The translations under genes and the position numbers were made by a program. The notes below the pieces were generated by a model. It was not told where the DNA came from. It worked only from the letters and a program-made list of their open reading frames with translations, and did not search any database. From contig JBIKYU010000002.1 of assembly GCA_044355085.1 (NCBI GenBank), forward strand, positions 634 through 64,633: a stretch of DNA of 64,000 nucleotides, written 5' to 3'. Source of the stretch: Rickettsiales bacterium. GTDB taxonomy: Bacteria > Pseudomonadota > Alphaproteobacteria > Rickettsiales > JBIKYU01. This document shows, one piece after another, positions 57,551 to 64,000 of this stretch (position 1 is its first letter; each line of letters begins with the position of its first letter).

Positions 57551-57608
57551 GAAATTAACGCCACCAGTTTAAGAAAATAAATTCAGCTATTGATATAATG
57601 TAACAATA

Positions 57609-58322
57609 TTATGCCATCTGCGCATTTCCGTAACCAAGCGCACGCAGCATATTTTCAACTGGATCATTAGAGCGAGAGCGTGTTTTAGAATCTTGTAATT
57701 GCGCTTGCGCCTGTGTTTTATCTTTTTTATCAATTTTTTTATCGAAAGAATTTTCTGTTTTTGCTGGTGGCAAAATTCTTTTTACAGATAAAATTTCCTG
57801 TTTTTGTAACTGCTCTTCTTCCCGCTCTTTTGATTCTAATTTTTCTGAAACACGCTTAAGCAAAGCCTCAAGCGCAAAGCGTTTCTGCTCTGTTTTTACC
57901 GCTGGCTTTTCAATTTCATTTGCATCAAAAACTGAAGAACGCTGAGAAATCATCACAGGCATTGTGGCCATTTGCTGATTTTTTCTCGCCTGTTGCTCCA
58001 ACGGCCTTGCAGCACGAATCGCCACTTCAAGCGCGTTAATAGAATTTTGCGCGCGGTCATTTATGTAGTGCAAATCACCAACTTGCGCCTGCGCCAATTC
58101 GAGATTTTTTGCTAAATGCGTTCCCACATATTCGCTAGTTTGTTTAAGCTCGCGAATACTTTCTTGCGCGCGCTTCACCGTTTCATCCAGACGCTTACAC
58201 AGCGCAAGCATTTCTCCTTTGCTTGTGTGCATGTTTTTCATGCGCTTAAGCACCAGTAAAACATAGCAAACTGTTGTGACCATCATCAGCAACAAAACCG
58301 CATCAAAAATCATCCCCGTCAT
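57609..58322 (-). CDS. Hypothetical N-terminally anchored coiled-coil protein (possibly DUF6468-type), translationally coupled to fliM
   Basis: One TM (IFDAVLLLMMVTTVCYVLLVL), then a heptad-rich helical region. The ATG overlaps the fliM stop (ATGA at 58319-58322). Confidence 0.6.
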   Translation of the reverse strand: MTGMIFDAVLLLMMVTTVCYVLLVLKRMKNMHTSKGEMLALCKRLDETVKRAQESIRELKQTSEYVGTHLAKNLELAQAQVGDLHYINDRAQNSINALEVAIRAARPLEQQARKNQQMATMPVMISQRSSVFDANEIEKPAVKTEQKRFALEALLKRVSEKLESKEREEEQLQKQEILSVKRILPPAKTENSFDKKIDKKDKTQAQAQLQDSKTRSRSNDPVENMLRALGYGNAQMA

Positions 58323-59392
58323 AAAGCCTCCTTAAGTCTTTTATTTAGTATTTCCTGTACAGAAATCGCCATTGAATCTTCAACACGACCAATTTTTCCT
58401 GATAAAACCTCTACGCCTCGACAGCGCACTATCACTGGATCTTCAGGTTTTTGATCAAGCAAAAGAGTGTTCCCAACCTTCAAATGCATCACGTCTTTCA
58501 GCAGCGCCCGTCTACGACCAAGCAACGCCTCAACTTCAACCGAAGTGCCGTAGATTTCTCTGCCCAAATGCATTTCCCAAGCCGTATCTTTACCGAATTT
58601 TTCACCCATAAAAACTTGCGTGAGCAATTCTTTGATTGGCTCCAAAGTTACATAAGGAAACATGATTTCTATATTGCCGCCGCGCTCTTCCATATCAACG
58701 CGCAATTGTAATAATATAACAGCATCTGAAGGATGAGAAATTGTCGCAAAACGCGGATTAACCTCCATGCGCTCAAAGCGGAAAGTGGCAGGGCTCAGCG
58801 GATCAAAAGCCGCCCCCATATCGGCCAAAACCAAATCGCTGATATAGCGAATAACACCCTGTTCAATTGAAGTGTATGGCCTTCCCTCAATGCGAATTGG
58901 TCGATTTGATTTTCTACCACCAAACAACACATCAACCATTGAGTAAACCAACGATCCGTTGAAAGTTATGATGCCAAAATTTTCCCACTCCACTGCTTTA
59001 AAAATCGATAGTAACGCTGGCATAGGAATTGAATTCACATAATCGCCAAAACGCAATGATGTTATCGAGTGAATATCAACATCGACATTGTCTGCTGTAA
59101 AATTACGCAATGACGTAGAAAGCATGCGCACGAACCGATCAAAAACCACCTCCAACATCGGCAAGCGCTCGTAGGAAAGCAGCGCTTTATCAAGCATCGC
59201 TTCTATTCCAGTTTTTACTTGCTCTTGCTCAACGCGACCACCATCGAAACCAAGAAGATTATCTATCTCTTCTTGCGTCAATGCGCGACCAGCCTCTCCC
59301 GCTTCATCAGCAGAATCAGCCGCAGCAGCGGCAGCGATTGCCGCTCGCTCCGCCTCATCAGATATTTGAGAAATTTCAGCTTCTTCTGCCAT
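58319..59392 (-). CDS. fliM: Flagellar motor switch protein FliM
   Basis: N-terminal CheY-P-binding-type motif LTQEEIDNLLGF, a FliM middle domain and a C-terminal SpoA-like domain. Confidence 0.92.
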   Translation of the reverse strand: MAEEAEISQISDEAERAAIAAAAAADSADEAGEAGRALTQEEIDNLLGFDGGRVEQEQVKTGIEAMLDKALLSYERLPMLEVVFDRFVRMLSTSLRNFTADNVDVDIHSITSLRFGDYVNSIPMPALLSIFKAVEWENFGIITFNGSLVYSMVDVLFGGRKSNRPIRIEGRPYTSIEQGVIRYISDLVLADMGAAFDPLSPATFRFERMEVNPRFATISHPSDAVILLQLRVDMEERGGNIEIMFPYVTLEPIKELLTQVFMGEKFGKDTAWEMHLGREIYGTSVEVEALLGRRRALLKDVMHLKVGNTLLLDQKPEDPVIVRCRGVEVLSGKIGRVEDSMAISVQEILNKRLKEAL

Positions 59393-59499
59393 CGGGAGCG
59401 TTCTCTGTCCTTATATTGATCCGCCACACCTACCTGGAAACAAAAACGCACGACCTACATTGTCGCGCCTGAATATTTTTTAGAAATGCCCTTTAAAAT

Positions 59500-60111
59500 T
59501 TACTGCACTAGAATTTCTTTGAACAAAATGTCATGCACCTTCACAGGATAAATCACTTTATTGATACGAAGTAACAACTCCTCACGCAGACGATAAATCC
59601 CCGCAGATCCCTGCAAATCATCAGCCCTAAGCTCGCGCAAATAAACCTGGAAACTATCACGAATACGCGGAAGCTTCGCTTCAACTTCCGGAATTTGTAA
59701 TTCTCCTGCAAGCTCAAGCGAAACGGTCATCTTCAAAAAACTCGGCCTTTTACCGCCAACATTTAAATTCACGATGAACTCTTCTAGATCATAATAAACT
59801 TGGCGATTCGCAACGCCGCCAGCCACAGAACCTGCCCCACCCTCAGCCATAGCAGCTGGATCTGCAGCACCATCTACCTCAACTGAAGTTTCAACCGCAG
59901 CAACTTCTTTTCCCAAAAGCCGGTCCAAAAATCCGAAAAAATAAAGCGCCGCACCCGCACCAACAATCAGCAAAATAAGAGCGACCAAAACGATGATCAG
60001 AATTTTTTTTCTACCGCCACCAGCAGGAGCTTCTCCACCTACGGCAATTTCACCTTCTTGCGCAGAACCTTCCTCTGTAACAGCAGTAGTATCGTTATTA
60101 TCTGCCACCAT
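59500..60111 (-). CDS. fliL: Flagellar basal body-associated protein FliL
   Basis: A single TM (ILIIVLVALILLIVGAGAALYFF) and a FliL C-terminal domain (FLKMTVSLEL...IRDSFQVYLR...LREELLLRIN). It lies upstream of fliM. Confidence 0.85.
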   Translation of the reverse strand: MVADNNDTTAVTEEGSAQEGEIAVGGEAPAGGGRKKILIIVLVALILLIVGAGAALYFFGFLDRLLGKEVAAVETSVEVDGAADPAAMAEGGAGSVAGGVANRQVYYDLEEFIVNLNVGGKRPSFLKMTVSLELAGELQIPEVEAKLPRIRDSFQVYLRELRADDLQGSAGIYRLREELLLRINKVIYPVKVHDILFKEILVQ

Positions 60112-60394
60112 TTTTTCCTCTATTCACAAAAAATAATCCGCCAAAACCCGCGCAAATCCACTGGTTTTCTGACATCTAACCGCATCAATATATTGTGGAG
60201 CGCGCGTCAATTTATACGAATCGAACTCAAAATCTAGTGTTTTCGAGAAAAATTTTCCGCGCTTAAAAATCCCTTTTGTTCATTGCGTTACTTGATTTTT
60301 CTAATAACTCAGGTCGGCAATTTTTTCCTACTCGCACACCTTCATCCTTTGATTGGATTTTTAAACATAGCTGTCAATGCAGAGTTTATGCTCT

Positions 60395-60410
60395 TGGCAC
60401 GACTCTTGCA
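60395..60410 (+). promoter_or_regulatory. Sigma-54 (RpoN) promoter for flgF-flgG-flgA-flgH
   Basis: TGGCACGACTCTTGCA matches TGGCACG-N4-TTGCW exactly. It lies about 135 bp upstream of the flgF start. Confidence 0.6.
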
Positions 60411-60542
60411 TATACTAGTGCACGATGTTTCTAAAAAATATCGGCTTGCACGTAGCATTCATCATCAGCTTTTTTGACGAAACTCAAGAAAGCTTTGGCA
60501 CGTAGCCTCCCTCAAAAAATGCATCGCCAGAGGGCGCGCGCT

Positions 60543-61265
60543 ATGAGCAATACCAATTATGTTTTGCTGGCAAAACAACAAGCGAATCTCATTCACATGG
60601 ATCGCGTTGCCGACAACATGGCCAACGCCAACACTGTTGGTTTTAAATCTGAGCACGATGTTTTTAAATCGCATCTTGTGCCGATCAAAAATGGTGAAAA
60701 TATTTCTTACGGAACTTTTGGCTTCACACGCCGCGACGCGTCTACAGGTCCGATGCAAGTAACGGAACGCCCACTTGATGTGGCGATTCAAGGCACTGGT
60801 TTTTTCAAAGTACAAACTCCTCAAGGCGAGCGCTACACCCGCGCAGGAAACTTCGCCATCGATAATGACGGCAGATTAGTTACTCAAGATGGCTATGCGG
60901 TTATGGGCGCAGGCGGTGGCGGCGTAAATCTTCTGCCTGAAGACACCAACATCAGCATTCGCGACGATGGCACAGTTTTTTCTGGTGAAAATGAACGCGG
61001 TCGCATTGGCGTTTTTGATGTTGGCGATCCACAAGAATTAACTCGCGTTGGTAATAATCTTCTTCTGTCTTCGTCTGGCGATTCTCTAAGCGAGAGCAGC
61101 GTTCTGCAGCAGGGAATGCTTGAAGGATCAACCGTCAGCGCCGTCACCGAAATGTCGCAAATGATTAGCGCCTCACGCGAATATCAATTGATAAACGGGC
61201 TGCTCCGCCAATTGCAGGGCGTCTCTTCGCAAATGGGTCAACGCCTAGTCAACGCTCAGGTTTAA
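60543..61265 (+). CDS. flgF: Flagellar basal-body rod protein FlgF
   Basis: The rod N-terminal motif RVADNMANANTVGFK and a rod C-terminus. I placed the start at Met24 of the track ORF (MSNTNYVLL), with AGAGGG 8 nt upstream. Confidence 0.9.
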   Translation: MSNTNYVLLAKQQANLIHMDRVADNMANANTVGFKSEHDVFKSHLVPIKNGENISYGTFGFTRRDASTGPMQVTERPLDVAIQGTGFFKVQTPQGERYTRAGNFAIDNDGRLVTQDGYAVMGAGGGGVNLLPEDTNISIRDDGTVFSGENERGRIGVFDVGDPQELTRVGNNLLLSSSGDSLSESSVLQQGMLEGSTVSAVTEMSQMISASREYQLINGLLRQLQGVSSQMGQRLVNAQV

Positions 61266-61280
61266 TTTGGAGTTTTACTC

Positions 61281-62069
61281 ATGCTTGCTTTAATGACCGC
61301 CGCAACTGGAATGTCCGCAGCAGAAACGCAAGTTGATGTTATCGCGAACAATCTTGCCAACCAAAACTCAACTGCGTTCAAGCGTCGCCGCGCTAGTTTT
61401 TCTGATTTGATTTATCAGAACAAAGTAACTGTTGGCGCACAAACATCAGACACTGGAACCATTCGCCCAGTTGGTGTTCAGGTTGGTCTTGGTGTGAATA
61501 CTGGCGCTGTTTATATGCTTCCAGAACAAGGAACTTTAAGCAAAACAGATGGTCGCTTTGATATTGCTCTAAACGGCAAAGGTTACTTCCGCGTAACGCT
61601 TCCAGATGGATCAGAAGTTTATACGCGCGACGGCTCTTTCAAAACTAATGCTGATGGAGAAATTGTCACCAAAGATGGCTTTACTGTATCGCCAGGAATA
61701 AGCGTTCCCGCAACCACAGAAGAAATTAGTATCAATGCCAGCGGTGAAGTCTTAGCCAAAATTGCTGGTGCGACCGAGCTACAAAATTTAGGCCAATTTG
61801 TTGTGGTAAATTTCATCAATGAAATGGGCCTTGAATCGCGCGGAAACAACTACATGAGCGAAACTCCAGCCTCTGGAAATCCAATAGATGGCATCGCCGG
61901 ACAAGAAGGTTTGGGCGAGCTTTTACAAGGTTGGCTGGAAGGTTCAAACGTCAATCCCGTAACTGAATTAACCGATCTAATCAAGGCGCAGCGCGCTTTT
62001 GAATTCAACACCAAAATCGTACAAAAAACTGATGAAAACATGCGCAGTCTTACACAAATAGTTGGATAG
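61281..62069 (+). CDS. flgG: Flagellar basal-body rod protein FlgG
   Basis: VIANNLANQNSTAFKR and the C-terminus LEGSNVNPVTELTDLIKAQRAFE, 262 aa. Confidence 0.95.
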   Translation: MLALMTAATGMSAAETQVDVIANNLANQNSTAFKRRRASFSDLIYQNKVTVGAQTSDTGTIRPVGVQVGLGVNTGAVYMLPEQGTLSKTDGRFDIALNGKGYFRVTLPDGSEVYTRDGSFKTNADGEIVTKDGFTVSPGISVPATTEEISINASGEVLAKIAGATELQNLGQFVVVNFINEMGLESRGNNYMSETPASGNPIDGIAGQEGLGELLQGWLEGSNVNPVTELTDLIKAQRAFEFNTKIVQKTDENMRSLTQIVG

Positions 62070-62093
62070 TTTTTTAAAATTAAAGGAACTCTT

Positions 62094-62810
62094 ATGCCTC
62101 GCTTTTTCTTTTTTCTATTTGCATTTATTTTCTTTGCCCAAGCACATGCAGAATCACCATCGGCAAATAAAATGTTGACCGCATGGCGCGAGAAAATTGA
62201 AGAAAAAATTCTCGAACAAGAACCAGAATTATCACGCGCAATAATCGATATAAATTCTCCATCAAATGAAGAGCTGGAAAATTTATCGCCTGAAGAATGG
62301 ACGCTTGATCAATTTTCTCTCACACCTAAATCAAAACAATTTCAGGGGCTTTTAATTTCAAGCTCCGCTGACAAGCGCCCATTGCCAGTTAAAGGCCGCG
62401 CTGAAATTTGGGTGCGCATTCCTACTCTTTCGCAATCTCTTCCTGCGCGCGCATTAATTAAAGCTGAAAATATCCAGCTTACTGAAATTCCTTTTTCGCG
62501 CATCACCGCCAATACAATTCGTGATGAAAATAAATTAATCGGAAAAATTCTCACTCGCTCAATAATGGCTCTTTCTGCTTTGCGCCAACAAGATGTCAAA
62601 GAACCAATTTTAGTTTCCAGAAAAAATCTTGTTGATGTTGTTTATCAAACCGATCACGTCGAATTGCGCCTACAAGCTATCGCTCTAGAAGATGGGAAAT
62701 TAGGCGATAATATTCGCGTACAAAATACCAACAGCCAAAAAATTATTGTTGGCCGCATTGCTGCTGACTCAACCATTCGCATGAATTCTCCGACAAAATC
62801 TTCTCTATAA
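62094..62810 (+). CDS. flgA: Flagellar basal body P-ring formation chaperone FlgA
   Basis: Signal peptide and a C-terminal SAF-like segment (GKLGDNIRVQNTNSQKIIVGRI). It lies between flgG and flgH. Confidence 0.8.
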   Translation: MPRFFFFLFAFIFFAQAHAESPSANKMLTAWREKIEEKILEQEPELSRAIIDINSPSNEELENLSPEEWTLDQFSLTPKSKQFQGLLISSSADKRPLPVKGRAEIWVRIPTLSQSLPARALIKAENIQLTEIPFSRITANTIRDENKLIGKILTRSIMALSALRQQDVKEPILVSRKNLVDVVYQTDHVELRLQAIALEDGKLGDNIRVQNTNSQKIIVGRIAADSTIRMNSPTKSSL

Positions 62811-62825
62811 AAAGGCGCTCTCACA

Positions 62826-63590
62826 ATGTCTAAAAACTCAATTTCAAAACGCTGCTTTGTTTCATTATTTTTACTGCTTGGCAGTAGCTCATTAACTGGC
62901 TGTCAAGACCAGATAGAGCGCCTAAACCGCATAGGCAGCACACCAAAAATCGATAAAATGACCATGCCTGAAGAAGCTTCAAACTACGAAACGATTCAAT
63001 GGCCACACGGAAATGACACTTCAAAACCAAATCCAAGTTCGCTGTGGCAACCTGGTTCTTTTTCTTTTTTCAAAGATCGTAAAGCCCGCCAAGTCGGAGA
63101 TATTCTGCGCGTCTCCGTCAAAGTAAAAGACAAAGCACAATTAGATAGCTCCGCCACACAAACGCGCGGCGCGAAAGAAACCGCAACCGCTCCATCAGCA
63201 CTTGGGCTTGAGAAATTAGCTACAGGCTGGCTACCAGGAAAAGCGGTGCTTTCAGATCTCATAAATGTTGATGGCTCACGTAATCACACAGGCACAGGAA
63301 AAATCGATCGCGGAGAAACAATCGAAACTGAAGTTGCGGCAATGGTTACGCAAATTCTTCCCAACGGCAATCTAGTAATTCACGGCGACCAAGAAATTCG
63401 CGTTAATTCCGAACTCAGAAAAATCACCATCAGCGGAATTGTTCGCGCCGAAGATATTGGCGCGGACAACGCCATAAACTCTAGCCAAATTGCGCAAGCG
63501 CGCATTTCATACGGCGGAAAAGGTCAGCTAACTGATACGCAACAACCGCGCATCGGCCATCAAATTATCGATGCAATCTCGCCGTTTTAA
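62826..63590 (+). CDS. flgH: Flagellar L-ring lipoprotein FlgH
   Basis: Lipobox LTGC, DRKARQVGDILRV, and ISGIVRAEDIGADNAINSSQIAQARISYGGKG. Confidence 0.92.
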   Translation: MSKNSISKRCFVSLFLLLGSSSLTGCQDQIERLNRIGSTPKIDKMTMPEEASNYETIQWPHGNDTSKPNPSSLWQPGSFSFFKDRKARQVGDILRVSVKVKDKAQLDSSATQTRGAKETATAPSALGLEKLATGWLPGKAVLSDLINVDGSRNHTGTGKIDRGETIETEVAAMVTQILPNGNLVIHGDQEIRVNSELRKITISGIVRAEDIGADNAINSSQIAQARISYGGKGQLTDTQQPRIGHQIIDAISPF

Positions 63591-63688
63591 TTTGCGTAAA
63601 TATTTTTAAATGTAACCCTCCCCTAATAACAGCACTGAAACTAAGTAGAGGTTCTGGTAATAATTTTCTAATTGTGAAAGAAACGTTT

Positions 63689-63840
63689 ATGAAGAAGCAT
63701 AAATTGAGTGAATCACAGATCGTGAAGTTGTTTTAGGAAGGTGCTTCTGGCAAGGATACGATTGAGGTTTTATGCCGTCGTTATGGTGTATCTGAAGCGG
63801 CATAATACGGTTTGAGATCGCAGTATGGCGGCATGTCGCT
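63689..63840 (+). pseudogene. IS3-family transposase OrfA remnant (in-frame stops)
   Basis: The reading MKKHKLSESQIVKLF*EGASGKDTIEVLCRRYGVSEAA*YGLRSQYGGMS matches the IS3/IS911 OrfA helix-turn-helix pattern. It is interrupted by TAG and TAA, and no OrfB follows. Confidence 0.65.
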
Positions 63841-63971
63841 ATCAATATATCGCAGACAAAAACATAGAAACGATTTCTAGAAATGAATTATTTTTTGTGA
63901 AAAAATTTTTTTTAAGAATACAAAGACAAGAAAATCCCTGGCTTCCGCCTTGCATAAAAACATAAATTCAT

Positions 63972-63999
63972 ACCAACATAGATGTTGGTGTAATTTTTT
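63972..63999 (+). terminator. Hairpin plus T-run (terminator-like) at the window edge
   Basis: ACCAACAT-AG-ATGTTGGT followed by GTAATTTTTT. The gene it would terminate is not identifiable. Confidence 0.35.
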
Positions 64000-64000
64000 G

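Noticed and set aside
60496-60511. A second TGGCACG (TGGCACGTAGCCTCCC) that might be another sigma-54 promoter.
   Set aside because: The -12 element is missing (CTCC instead of TTGC). It also lies only about 35 nt before the flgF start codon, inside the discarded ORF extension.
60283-60824. Two ORFs (64 aa plus-strand, 119 aa minus-strand) in and around the fliL-flgF divergent region.
   Set aside because: They have no family resemblance. One covers the sigma-54 promoter and the other is antisense to the flgF 5' end, so both are most likely spurious.

Overview
This is an AT-rich chromosomal segment that reads as a flagellated alphaproteobacterium. The lineage-typical gene neighbourhoods are DUF4164-zapA-6S RNA-5-FCL, yebC-ruvC, ruvA-ruvB-ybgC, coxC-SURF1, ccmAB divergent from acnA, and mltB-rlpA-dacC. 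I call about 62 protein genes, one tRNA-Ser(UGA) and one probable 6S RNA. There is no rRNA, no CRISPR and no intact mobile element. Most genes are housekeeping: pgsA, phaC, serB, miaA, ilvBN, glmS, guaB, thrC, metF, cca, holC, pepA, acnA, hslO and zur. A five-gene sugar-activation/glycosyltransferase cluster lies at 17.1-21.9 kb and a bactofilin-M23 peptidase pair at 22.0-23.7 kb. There are three flagellar blocks: flgB-flgC-fliE-fliQ-fliR-flhB (38.6-42.1 kb, minus), fliL-fliM plus five poorly characterised genes (51.7-60.1 kb, minus), and flgF-flgG-flgA-flgH (60.5-63.6 kb, plus) behind a textbook sigma-54 promoter. The most unusual content is the tail of the fliL-fliM operon. It holds a membrane coiled-coil ORF coupled to fliM, a MotE-like gene, two MotB-like membrane proteins with no motA, and a 1219-aa signal-anchored TPR-rich giant. 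I interpret this as a candidate undescribed motor/stator accessory module. Other points worth a second look are a promoter-equipped, UCCUU-rich intergenic candidate sRNA next to zur, and a dispersed repeat family (two ~120-145 bp MITE-like copies plus at least four ~35-40 bp end-modules that abut stop codons). There is also an orphan prepilin-type gene where tol-pal would be expected after ybgC, an orphan gene with its own terminator upstream of coxC, and decayed mobile DNA at both window edges (a Fic remnant beside tRNA-Ser and an IS3 orfA remnant). All functional calls rest on motifs and similarity recognised by eye; no database search was run.
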